DNA of 64,000 nucleotides from Desulfobacterales bacterium (GTDB lineage Bacteria; Desulfobacterota; UBA8473), in NCBI GenBank assembly GCA_016209225.1, contig JACQWO010000009.1, forward strand, positions 7,444-71,443. The letters run 5' to 3'. Under the pieces are notes generated by a model, which had not been told where the DNA came from, did no database searches, and saw only the letters and a list, made by a program, of their open reading frames with translations. Position numbers and translations under genes: made by a program. Positions 56,174-64,000 of the stretch are shown here, piece by piece. Numbering within the stretch: position 1 is the stretch's first letter; every line of letters begins with the position of its first letter.

Positions 56174-57204
56174 TGAGGGTCACCTCCTAACCAATCGCCG
56201 CAAAATGACAGAGCCATTGCACGACAACCACGACAAATCGGTATAAACCTGCAGTTTGAACACAGGCCTTTTAAATTAGATGGTTCTCTAATCCTCCATA
56301 ATATTGGCGAGGCGTACCAAATGTCATAAAGACTATCGGTCAGGATATTTCCAAGAGGAATGGGCAACCTCCTACATGGGTAGATCGTCCCATCATGAAG
56401 AATGCATAAAGCATTTATTCCAACCGAGCACATGGCTCCAACATGTGGTGACTGATCATCAACAAGACAATAGAGCGGCCGATACATTAATACTTTTGGT
56501 CTATCATGCTCGTGTGCCCATTTATAGACACCATGAAAAGCTTTTTTCAATTGTTCGGGCGTAAGTATCCAGGACTTCTGATCTGCCGCCTGTCCTTCAG
56601 GAATAAATCGTTCGACGCTGAAAAAGTCAACATTGTATTCATGGAGAAGATCAAGAAGGGGAATGATGTCATTTACATTATGCTGTGATATTGTCATCAT
56701 AATAGAGACCGTTAAGCCATGACGCTTCATCCGGGAAATAGCATCAAGCGTTTTCCGAAAAGAACCTTTGCCACGGATACCATCATGAGATTCTGCAGTA
56801 GCTCCTTCCAAAGAAACCTGGACTCGCCTTAGCAATGATTTATGCGCTAATTCTTCACAATCTGAATCGCTTAGAAGAAGACCATTTGTAAGCAGATCTA
56901 CTCGATCAATAAGGCCGCCACTGGCAAAGCGGTCGAGCAATGATAAAACAGAGTGTCGGCGTAACCAGGGTTCACCGCCCGTTAAGCTAACTGCGCCTCG
57001 ACGATCCCATTCTTCAATGGCGGCTTCCAGAATATCTACCACTTTTAGAAGCAGCTGATCAGAAAGTTCGTTTGCAGAATCATAAGAGGTATGGTAGCAA
57101 TGACGACAGCGACAATTACACTGTTCGGTTATATGCCATTGGAAATAAAATTCAGTGTCAATTGAGGGTTCCTGGTAGACCATTCGAGATCCAGAATCTA
57201 TCAT
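56140..57204 (-). CDS. Radical SAM/SPASM peptide maturase (RiPP operon, proximal)
   Basis: QWHITEQCNCRCRHC, TGGEP, TNG, VQVSLEG; full SPASM CSVG...DGTIYPC...LGNI...CSNCRFIPICRGCR...DPQC. Confidence 0.9.
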   Translation of the reverse strand: MIDSGSRMVYQEPSIDTEFYFQWHITEQCNCRCRHCYHTSYDSANELSDQLLLKVVDILEAAIEEWDRRGAVSLTGGEPWLRRHSVLSLLDRFASGGLIDRVDLLTNGLLLSDSDCEELAHKSLLRRVQVSLEGATAESHDGIRGKGSFRKTLDAISRMKRHGLTVSIMMTISQHNVNDIIPLLDLLHEYNVDFFSVERFIPEGQAADQKSWILTPEQLKKAFHGVYKWAHEHDRPKVLMYRPLYCLVDDQSPHVGAMCSVGINALCILHDGTIYPCRRLPIPLGNILTDSLYDIWYASPILWRIREPSNLKGLCSNCRFIPICRGCRAMALSFCGDWLGGDPQCWIEPENTRA

Positions 57205-57399
57205 TTCAGAACGTTTGAAAATTTTTCCTTCTTAACCAATTGATTTCACTACAAATTTGACTGTTGTCAAAAATTAATTCAGATTATATCAAAATTTACC
57301 ATCTTTACACCTGATGCGCAAGGGAAAAATCACGATACATGTAACAATTCAGTTTTTAGTGGGAGGGGCTTAAAGGGAAGGACAAGGGAGGGGGTTAGA

Positions 57400-57428
57400 G
57401 GGACATTATTTCTGAAACAACTTGACAG
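57400..57428. repeat. Degenerate copy of the 46988 element left end
   Basis: GGGACATTATTTCTGAAACAACTTGACAG vs GGGACGTTGTTTCTAAACAATAAATTACTTGACAG. Confidence 0.5.
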
Positions 57429-57482
57429 TTGAAGCGAAAGGGATGTACTTGGGGAGGTTGGTTCGGGACGACGAGGTACTTG

Positions 57483-57648
57483 GGGACGTTCTTTCTAAAT
57501 AAATGCTTTTCGGGGCAGAGATGAGCTTGGTCTTTCGGCGGCTGAAATAGCGCGGCAGGTAGGCGTGAATACATCAGGTGTTACAAAGGCAATCGAGAGG
57601 GCTGAACAACGTTATGGCTATAAATACCGCAAATAGAAGCGACGTTCC
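57483..57648 (+). mobile_element. Internally deleted transposase element: C-terminal HTH remnant between imperfect inverted repeats
   Basis: GGGACGTTCTTTCTA ... TAGAAGCGACGTTCC (11/15); inside, FRGRDELGLSAAEIARQVGVNTSGVTKAIERAE* resembles the HTH tail of RAYT-type transposases. Confidence 0.6.
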
Positions 57649-57674
57649 TAAAGGCGTCCCACTCTATTTTTATC

Positions 57675-57709
57675 TTGATATACACATCATTTCTATGATA
57701 ATGTGTATA
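57675..57709 (+). promoter_or_regulatory. Second vapBC promoter with 9-bp inverted repeat operator
   Basis: TTGATA-16-GATAAT; TATACACAT (57679) / ATGTGTATA (57701). Confidence 0.55.
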
Positions 57710-57728
57710 GATAATGGAGGTGATTATA

Positions 57729-57929
57729 ATGGGACGCACAAATATTGTTCTCGATGATAAACTTGTGGATGCTTGCCTTAAGGCCACTGGAATCAAAACT
57801 CGCAAAACGTTAATCGATCATGCCCTCATGGAACTGCTTCGGCATGAATCCCAAAAGAAAATTCTCGAGCTTAAAGGAAAAATTCATTGGGAAGGAAACC
57901 TGGCAGAGTGGCGACAGGGACGTGATTAA
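57729..57929 (+). CDS. vapB: VapB-type antitoxin (DUF2191-like)
   Basis: MGRTNIVLDDKLV...IKTRKTLIDHAL...LKGKIHWEG; GGAGG RBS. Confidence 0.85.
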   Translation: MGRTNIVLDDKLVDACLKATGIKTRKTLIDHALMELLRHESQKKILELKGKIHWEGNLAEWRQGRD

Positions 57930-57931
57930 CA

Positions 57932-58381
57932 ATGCTTATCGTCGATACGACCGTCTGGATTGATTTCTTTGCTGCACGATCAGCGCCACATGTGGAGATA
58001 TTAGAAACGCTTATCGAGGAAAGAGAAGATATATGCATCTGCGGGATCATTCTCTCAGAAGTACTTCAAGGCATTCGTAAAGAATCCGAATTCAGAAAGA
58101 CAAGAGACCTGTTCGATTCTCTGGTTTTCCTCCCGATGGAATACAAAACTTTTTTACGCTCAGCCGAGATATACCGACTGCTTCGCCGAAAAGGCATAAC
58201 TATTAGTCAGCCTATAGATTGCATGATAGCGTCGGTTGCCATTGAAAATGATATTCCGCTTCTCCACAACGATAAGCATTTTAACCCCATAGAAAAACAC
58301 TGTGGATTAAAGCGATTTTGCCAGCACTTGACACCCTCCCCTTCATCCCCTACCATTAAGGGAGGAAAGAGGGGGAAGTAA
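57932..58381 (+). CDS. vapC: PIN-domain toxin
   Basis: IVDTTVWIDF, ILSEVLQG, IDCMIA, LLHNDKHF. Confidence 0.9.
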   Translation: MLIVDTTVWIDFFAARSAPHVEILETLIEEREDICICGIILSEVLQGIRKESEFRKTRDLFDSLVFLPMEYKTFLRSAEIYRLLRRKGITISQPIDCMIASVAIENDIPLLHNDKHFNPIEKHCGLKRFCQHLTPSPSSPTIKGGKRGK

Positions 58382-58539
58382 TTTCGAATGAAACCCACAT
58401 ACCTCAAAGAGACACAAAGACAAGGAAAATGTCTTTGGGAGGGGCTCGCCATATGTGAGCAACCCCTACAACAGCGCACTTAAGTGTGCTGTTGAAAAGG
58501 ATGGGATTGCTTCGCCTGCGGCTCGCAATGACAGAATAG

Positions 58540-60267
58540 GTGCATTTTCAAGTGAAAAAAAGGTGGTGTATTAAAGAACCAGACGAAGAGACTCAAAGGC
58601 TTTTATCCCAAGAGCTGGACATTTCCCCAATTGTAGCTCAAGTTCTTATAAACAGGGGGATAAAGGATGTTGAGCAAGCACATCGATTCCTGTTTCCAAG
58701 TTTGTCTCACCTCCATTCTCCCCTTATGATGAAGGACATGGAAAAGGCATTAGAACGGATTATTAAGGCAATCTTTGAAAATGAAAAGATAGTTATTTAT
58801 GGTGATTATGATGTAGACGGCATCACATCTGTAGCGGTGCTAATAACCTTCCTCCGAGAGGTAAATGCCGATGCGTCTTACTATATCCCTCACAGGTTGT
58901 CTGAAGGGTATGGACTGAACCCTGAAGCATTGGAGAAAATAAGTAGCCTTGGCACCAACCTTTTGATCACTGTAGACTGCGGGATAATGGATTTTCAGGA
59001 GATTCACTTTGCGCAAAGAAACGGTATTGATGTAATCGTTACAGACCATCATGAGATTCCTGATGTTCTCCCACCAGCATACGCCATATTGAACCCCAAA
59101 CAAAAGGGATGTAATTTCCCGTTTAAGTCACTGGCAGGCGTGGGAATAGTCTTTAATTTGATTATTGCCCTTCGAACAAGATTGAGGGATATGGGGTTTT
59201 GGAACAACCAAAAGGTTCCTAATCTAAAGGAGTATCTTGACCTGGTTGCCCTGGGTACTATAGCCGATATTGTGCCATTAACCGATGAGAATCGTATATT
59301 CGTTAAATTTGGACTGGAGCAGTTAACCAATAGCTCAAGACCTGGGGTAATTGCCTTGAAAGAGGTTAGTGGATTAAAAGACACCGTTATAACCCCCGGC
59401 ATGGTTGGATTCAGGCTTGCCCCCAGGATAAATGCTGCCGGTAGATTGAGTAGAGGAGACGAGGGTGTTCGACTACTCATTACTAAGGATTTGAAAGAGG
59501 CAGAAGATATCGCAAATATTCTCGACTCAGAAAATACAGAGAGGCAGCAGATTGAGAATCGTATCCTTGAAGAGGCGAAAGGGCTTGTTGAAAATAATGA
59601 GGGGCTACTCACTGGCAAGGCGATTATTCTGGTGTCCCCTGACTGGCATCCAGGGGTGATAGGTATAGTGGCATCCAGATTAGCTGAAGAGTATTATAAG
59701 CCTACGGTTATGATTAGCCTGGATGGAGAAACAGGCAAAGGATCTGCCAGGAGCATTGAAGGTTTTCATCTCTATGAAGGCTTAAAAGGCTGTGCTTATC
59801 TTCTGGAAGGCTTTGGGGGTCACAAGTACGCAGCAGGTTTAACTATTGATGAAAAAAATATCCCGGAGTTTCAGAATCTTTTTGAGGAGATTGTAAAGAA
59901 GACACTATCGGAAGAGGATTTCATCCCGAAGATCCATATCGATGCTCATATAGCCCTAAGAGAATTAACAGAGGGATTTTTAAAAGAGCTGGATACACTG
60001 TCCCCATTTGGTCCTTCCAACCCGGAACCCACTTTTTGCTCTTCAATACTCGCTGTTTCAGATTTTAAGGTAGTTGGCAATAGACATTTGAAATTAAAGG
60101 TAAAAGAAGAGGGGGTTGTATATGATGCTATTGGCTTTAATATGGGAAAGGATATTTTTCCCCTTGACCAATGCATAAAGGCAGCCTTTGTTCCTCAAAT
60201 AAACGACTGGAATGGGACGAGAACCATTCAATTGAGGTTGAAGGATATACAGGTTCTGAGTTTATGA
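58540..60267 (+). CDS. recJ: Single-stranded DNA 5'-3' exonuclease RecJ
   Basis: YGDYDVDG, TVDCG, TDHH, GTIAD, APRINAAGR, KGSARS, GGHKYAAG. Confidence 0.95.
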   Translation: MHFQVKKRWCIKEPDEETQRLLSQELDISPIVAQVLINRGIKDVEQAHRFLFPSLSHLHSPLMMKDMEKALERIIKAIFENEKIVIYGDYDVDGITSVAVLITFLREVNADASYYIPHRLSEGYGLNPEALEKISSLGTNLLITVDCGIMDFQEIHFAQRNGIDVIVTDHHEIPDVLPPAYAILNPKQKGCNFPFKSLAGVGIVFNLIIALRTRLRDMGFWNNQKVPNLKEYLDLVALGTIADIVPLTDENRIFVKFGLEQLTNSSRPGVIALKEVSGLKDTVITPGMVGFRLAPRINAAGRLSRGDEGVRLLITKDLKEAEDIANILDSENTERQQIENRILEEAKGLVENNEGLLTGKAIILVSPDWHPGVIGIVASRLAEEYYKPTVMISLDGETGKGSARSIEGFHLYEGLKGCAYLLEGFGGHKYAAGLTIDEKNIPEFQNLFEEIVKKTLSEEDFIPKIHIDAHIALRELTEGFLKELDTLSPFGPSNPEPTFCSSILAVSDFKVVGNRHLKLKVKEEGVVYDAIGFNMGKDIFPLDQCIKAAFVPQINDWNGTRTIQLRLKDIQVLSL

Positions 60268-60269
60268 CA

Positions 60270-61508
60270 TCATTTTTTTGTCAGACTAACAATGGTTTCC
60301 ACGTGGAAGGTTTGGGGGAAGAGGTCTATACCATAACCAGAAACAATTTCGTATCCGTTATCTATGAGCATCCTTAGGTCTCTAGCCATTGTTGCTGGAT
60401 TGCAGGAAACCATGATGATTTGAGAGGGATTTAACCTTACCAGTTCTTCAATTAATATTTTCGAGCACCCGCTTCGTGGGGGATCGATGATAACAACATC
60501 AACAGAACTTATCCCTGAAAGACAGTTTTTTAATCCCAGGTCCTGCCTGTAAAACTCCATATTGCTTAATCCGTTGAGTTTTGCATTTTCTCTCGCCAAC
60601 TGTACAGATTCCTGTTGGTTGTCAATGCCAACGACGTGGTTGAAGTGAGAAGAAACAGGGATGGAGAGGAAACCCACACCACAGCAAAGATCAAGAAGCA
60701 GATTCTCCCTTTTTTCTCCAATCAAGTCTTTTATAATCTCTATAAGCTTACTATTTAACGTGCTGTGTCCTTGAAGGAACACCTTTCCATTAGCAAGGTA
60801 TTTGAATCCACCTGTGAAAAACTCAATATACTGAGGACCAGGGGTGCCTTTTTTCCCCTCAAGATGTAAATGGACATCGTTTCCGTTTGTAATGATACTG
60901 GCTGAGTTGACAGATTTAAGCATATCAAAATTTTCGTGAAGCGTAGAGAGCGCTTGGTTTATAGATGGGACACACAGGGGGCATTCTTCTATCGGTATGA
61001 TGTCATTGGTATTGAAGCGGTAAAACCCTATTGCTGATTTTTTGTGACAAATGTGAAAGAAACTACGGAGCCTGGTTCCCTTGAAACAGGGATCAAATGC
61101 CAGGGGCGGGAATTTGACAATCTCCTTTCCAATCCTTTCTATGCTCTCTTCGATTATTCTTCTCTTTATTTTCACCTGTTGAAGATAATCTATGTGCTGC
61201 CATTGACAGCCTCCGCACCCCTTTGCAAAGTTATCACAAAATGGTGAAACCCTGTGTTCTGAAGGCTTAAGTATCTCCTGAAGCCTTCCATGAAGCACTC
61301 CTTTTCTTTTATGGATAGAAGAGACAAGGATGGATTCACCAGGCACGGTATAAGGTGTCAGTATAACCCCAAGTTCCGTTCTTGCAAGTCCTTCACCGCC
61401 ATAGATAAGCTTTTCTATATCTACGTTCAGGTTCTCCGGAATCGAGTTATTTTGTTTCAAGTCTTTCACCTTAAAATGCCTCGAGCGATTAGCAGATGGA
61501 GCAGTCAT
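60270..61508 (-). CDS. rlmD: 23S rRNA m5U methyltransferase (RlmD/TrmA family)
   Basis: TRAM-like start (IEKLIYGGEG), C...CGGCQWQH Fe-S motif, LDLCCGVG, IDPPRSG, VSCNPAT, DLFPQT. Confidence 0.85.
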   Translation of the reverse strand: MTAPSANRSRHFKVKDLKQNNSIPENLNVDIEKLIYGGEGLARTELGVILTPYTVPGESILVSSIHKRKGVLHGRLQEILKPSEHRVSPFCDNFAKGCGGCQWQHIDYLQQVKIKRRIIEESIERIGKEIVKFPPLAFDPCFKGTRLRSFFHICHKKSAIGFYRFNTNDIIPIEECPLCVPSINQALSTLHENFDMLKSVNSASIITNGNDVHLHLEGKKGTPGPQYIEFFTGGFKYLANGKVFLQGHSTLNSKLIEIIKDLIGEKRENLLLDLCCGVGFLSIPVSSHFNHVVGIDNQQESVQLARENAKLNGLSNMEFYRQDLGLKNCLSGISSVDVVIIDPPRSGCSKILIEELVRLNPSQIIMVSCNPATMARDLRMLIDNGYEIVSGYGIDLFPQTFHVETIVSLTKK

Positions 61509-62674
61509 TTGCCCCTTATTATTTGGGGCCTGTATATCAAAAGCCCGGCAAGAAGGGCAATGCCTGCGACAAAAAAGAGTGCCCTAAATCCTGCCCATTC
61601 TCCGATGTAACCGAGAATAATAGACCCCACAAATGATCCGGTATCAATACCTCCCGTGAAGATTCCTGTGATCTTCCCGCGGATATTGATCGGCTGGTTG
61701 CGGATAATCAGCGAATTCAGGCATGGAAAGAGGGCACCGTGGCCACAGCCGGACAAAAGCCCGGAAATAATCAGTATCGTTGTACTTCCCGGAAAAATCA
61801 ATATCAGAAGGCCTGTGCCCGTCATGACCATGGCATAGGGGATGATTTGGCCTTCACCAATCCTGTCAGCAAACCTGCCTCCAAGAAGTCTTGTGGTAAC
61901 AGCCGATAAAGAATAGGAGATGTAATAGAGGAAGATGAATGGTAAATGGTGTTCTTTAGCAAAAGGGGAAACAAAACTGCCGGAAGCCGCTAAGCCAAAA
62001 CCAAATAGCATCGCCACCAAGGCCACGTTGAAAACACCTCTTTTAACAAGTACCGAGAAAAAGGACGGAGAGAACTCATGGGAGACACGAACATAAGACT
62101 CAGGGATGGGAAGATGGACCAAAAGCCCAAGGGTGGCCATTAAGGCAGCGGCAAGGAAGAAGACGGAAAAACCAAATGACCGGATCATTATCTCGGCAAT
62201 GATAGGCCCAATTGCTAATCCCGTAAGCCCTGTCACACCAAATATGCCTATACCTTCATTAAGGCGTTCTTCAGGAACGATGTCGGCAATGTAGGTTAAT
62301 GCTGAGGTAAAACAGATGGCAAATCCAACACCATGTAAAAACCTGATGAAAATGAGGGGGAGGTAAAAGCGGGACAGATCCCCTTCAAAGAGCAGATACG
62401 TGACGGGCAGGAGACTCATGATAAGGCATCCAACGGTATAGCTTCTCTTCCTCCCTATCCTGTCGATCATGTCAGATACCCAGGGACGACAAAGAACACC
62501 AGAGAGAGCAAACAAACCCATTAAGATTCCTATGTCTGCCTTTGAGCCTCCATGGTGCGTAATGAAAAGAGGGAAGAGGAAAAAGCTGCTGAAGCTCGAT
62601 ATGGTAAACAGATTCGCAATACCCATCATGATAAATGAAGGGCCGTACAGATTTGAGGCTGTTCTTGAGCTCAA
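61505..62674 (-). CDS. MFS transporter
   Basis: About 12 TM segments; MIDRIGRKR motif A, repeated FADRIG. Confidence 0.9.
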   Translation of the reverse strand: MSSRTASNLYGPSFIMMGIANLFTISSFSSFFLFPLFITHHGGSKADIGILMGLFALSGVLCRPWVSDMIDRIGRKRSYTVGCLIMSLLPVTYLLFEGDLSRFYLPLIFIRFLHGVGFAICFTSALTYIADIVPEERLNEGIGIFGVTGLTGLAIGPIIAEIMIRSFGFSVFFLAAALMATLGLLVHLPIPESYVRVSHEFSPSFFSVLVKRGVFNVALVAMLFGFGLAASGSFVSPFAKEHHLPFIFLYYISYSLSAVTTRLLGGRFADRIGEGQIIPYAMVMTGTGLLILIFPGSTTILIISGLLSGCGHGALFPCLNSLIIRNQPINIRGKITGIFTGGIDTGSFVGSIILGYIGEWAGFRALFFVAGIALLAGLLIYRPQIIRGK

Positions 62675-62707
62675 TTTGGAGTCAGACCTTTCCAGGCTGT
62701 TGTCAAA

Positions 62708-62844
62708 ATACTTTGTAACTATTCAAATAGGCGCAAAGGCACAGAGTACCAAAGGCACAAAGAAGGAAAAAACAACGAAACGACCCTGATCTGCTTTGTG
62801 CCTATGTGCCTTTGCCACTTTGTGCCTGAGTAGTTACAAAGTAT
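62708..62844. repeat. Palindromic element with GTAACT...AGTTAC termini and (AAAGGCAC)-type internal units
   Basis: ATACTTTGTAACTA / TAGTTACAAAGTAT outer inverted repeat; GGCACAAAG / CTTTGTGCC inner arms. Confidence 0.7.
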
Positions 62845-63023
62845 CTATCAAAGAAGCCTGTTATTGTCAAGGAGTTAACTGGGCGGAAAAAGCCCACTTC
62901 CTGGAAGGTATGATTTTACTTATTGATGAAAAGCAAAAGATATGGTAAGGATATAAAATATTAGTTGTGTGGCTTTAGAATACCTGCTGTACTTTTGTGT
63001 CTTTTTAGAAAGGGTCCAAGACC

Positions 63024-64000
63024 ATGGATATGAAAAGGGACTATCGCGAAGACATCAGGTTGTTCCCAAGCAATGTAGTAAAAGTCTGGTTCTTCTTATT
63101 GATTGCCTTCCTGGTATTGTTACCCCTGTTTACAAAGGGTTATATTGTCTATAACCTTAATCTTGTACTAATAAATGTGATAGTAGCGCTGGGCATGAAT
63201 ATCCTGGTAGGGTACACAGGGCAGATATCTCTGGGGCATGCCGGTTTTTTTGCCATTGGGGCATATGCCTCGGCTCTAATAATGACCCGACTTAACCTCC
63301 CTTTTGTATTTGCGTTGCCTGCTTCCGGTCTGATTGCAGCTGTCTTTGGTTTTCTTCTGGGTCTTCCTGCATTGAGGTTAAAGGGGCCCTATCTGGTTAT
63401 TGCTACAATGGGTTTTGGGATGGCAATCATCCAGATTATTGGACATTGGGAGGGATTGTTTGGCGGTCATATGGGCATTATTACTCCAAAGATATCATTT
63501 GGGCCTTTTGAGCTGAACACAGACAGGCAGCTCTACTATTTAATCATGATAGTTACAGTAGGGATGACCATAGCGGCTATAAACATAATTAAATCAAGGA
63601 TAGGCCGAGCGTTTATCGCTATCCGGGATAGTGATATAGCTGCTGAGACTATAGGGGTAAATCTTACCTACTATAAGACTCTGGCCTTTGCAGTGAGTGC
63701 ATTCTACACTGGTATTGGAGGGAGTTTGATGGGTTTTGTTCTGGGGTTCATCAACCCCCAGAACTTCAATTTTTTTCTTTCTATCTCTTTCCTGGCTATG
63801 GTTGTGGTAGGGGGTCTTGGTTCCATTTTGGGTTCTATTCTTGGAGCAATAATAATCACCTTTTTGCAGATACAGTTGAATAATATCCCTGAAGTTCCTC
63901 TCTTGGGGAAAGGGGTAATTTATCTATCCGAGAGATGGTTTAGCATGAGTGGGATAGCCAATGTCTCAAGCATAATATTTGGATTGGTATTGATCGTTAT
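63024..64000 (+). CDS. livM: Branched-chain amino-acid ABC transporter permease (partial, runs off window end)
   Basis: MDMKRDY...GMNILVGYTGQISLGHAGFFAIGAY, later LRLKGPYL, SRIGRAFIAIRD, GGLGS motifs. Confidence 0.9.
   Translation, partial: MDMKRDYREDIRLFPSNVVKVWFFLLIAFLVLLPLFTKGYIVYNLNLVLINVIVALGMNILVGYTGQISLGHAGFFAIGAYASALIMTRLNLPFVFALPASGLIAAVFGFLLGLPALRLKGPYLVIATMGFGMAIIQIIGHWEGLFGGHMGIITPKISFGPFELNTDRQLYYLIMIVTVGMTIAAINIIKSRIGRAFIAIRDSDIAAETIGVNLTYYKTLAFAVSAFYTGIGGSLMGFVLGFINPQNFNFFLSISFLAMVVVGGLGSILGSILGAIIITFLQIQLNNIPEVPLLGKGVIYLSERWFSMSGIANVSSIIFGLVLIV

Noticed and set aside
44440-57636. N- and C-terminal transposase stubs as two halves of one interrupted gene
   Set aside because: They resemble different RAYT subtypes as I recall them, and no shared target duplication or matching ends were seen.
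58400-58530. Hairpins after vapC (e.g. CAACAGCGCACT-TA-AGTGTGCTGTTG; GATTGCTTCG...CTCGCAATGAC) as a tRNA or ncRNA
   Set aside because: No cloverleaf or conserved RNA motif; consistent with terminators or degenerate repeat relics.

Overview
Bacterial genomic window with three zones; gene content suggests an anaerobic Desulfobacterota/Syntrophales-type deltaproteobacterium (inference). (1) ~0.5-40.5 kb: a large, relatively GC-rich type II FAS/PKS lipid cluster. It has 3 ACPs, 4 ketosynthases (one fused to a CLF-like domain), dehydratases, FabG, thioesterases, acyltransferases, an AMP-ligase, an MIO ammonia-lyase, a CrtI-like oxidoreductase, GT2, a deacetylase, LolA/MipA/MMPL export genes and 7 intact radical SAM genes (5 cobalamin-binding, one of them in an AT-richer insert), plus one eroded SPASM/twitch remnant missed by the ORF track. 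It combines aryl-polyene-type genes with the ladderane-candidate island type; the product is unknown. (2) ~44.4-58.4 kb: an accessory island with toxin-antitoxin modules, HUH/RAYT transposase remnants, a 1197-aa P-loop/MBL-fold protein and a minus-strand RiPP-like operon. That operon reads rSAM-SPASM, PqqD/RRE, an unannotated 40-aa precursor (MQRYEKP...WKYVCRQCSGCHGCR, 55720-55842), prenyltransferase/cyclase-repeat protein, AsnB amidotransferase, GT-B glycosyltransferase, second rSAM-SPASM. It is the strongest candidate for an undescribed system. (3) AT-richer housekeeping genes (acyl-CoA ligase, CoA-disulfide reductase-rhodanese, recJ, rlmD-like, MFS, livM). Several small interspersed palindromic repeat families are present. 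No rRNA, tRNA or CRISPR array was recognised. All family assignments come from motif recognition by eye, not database searches.
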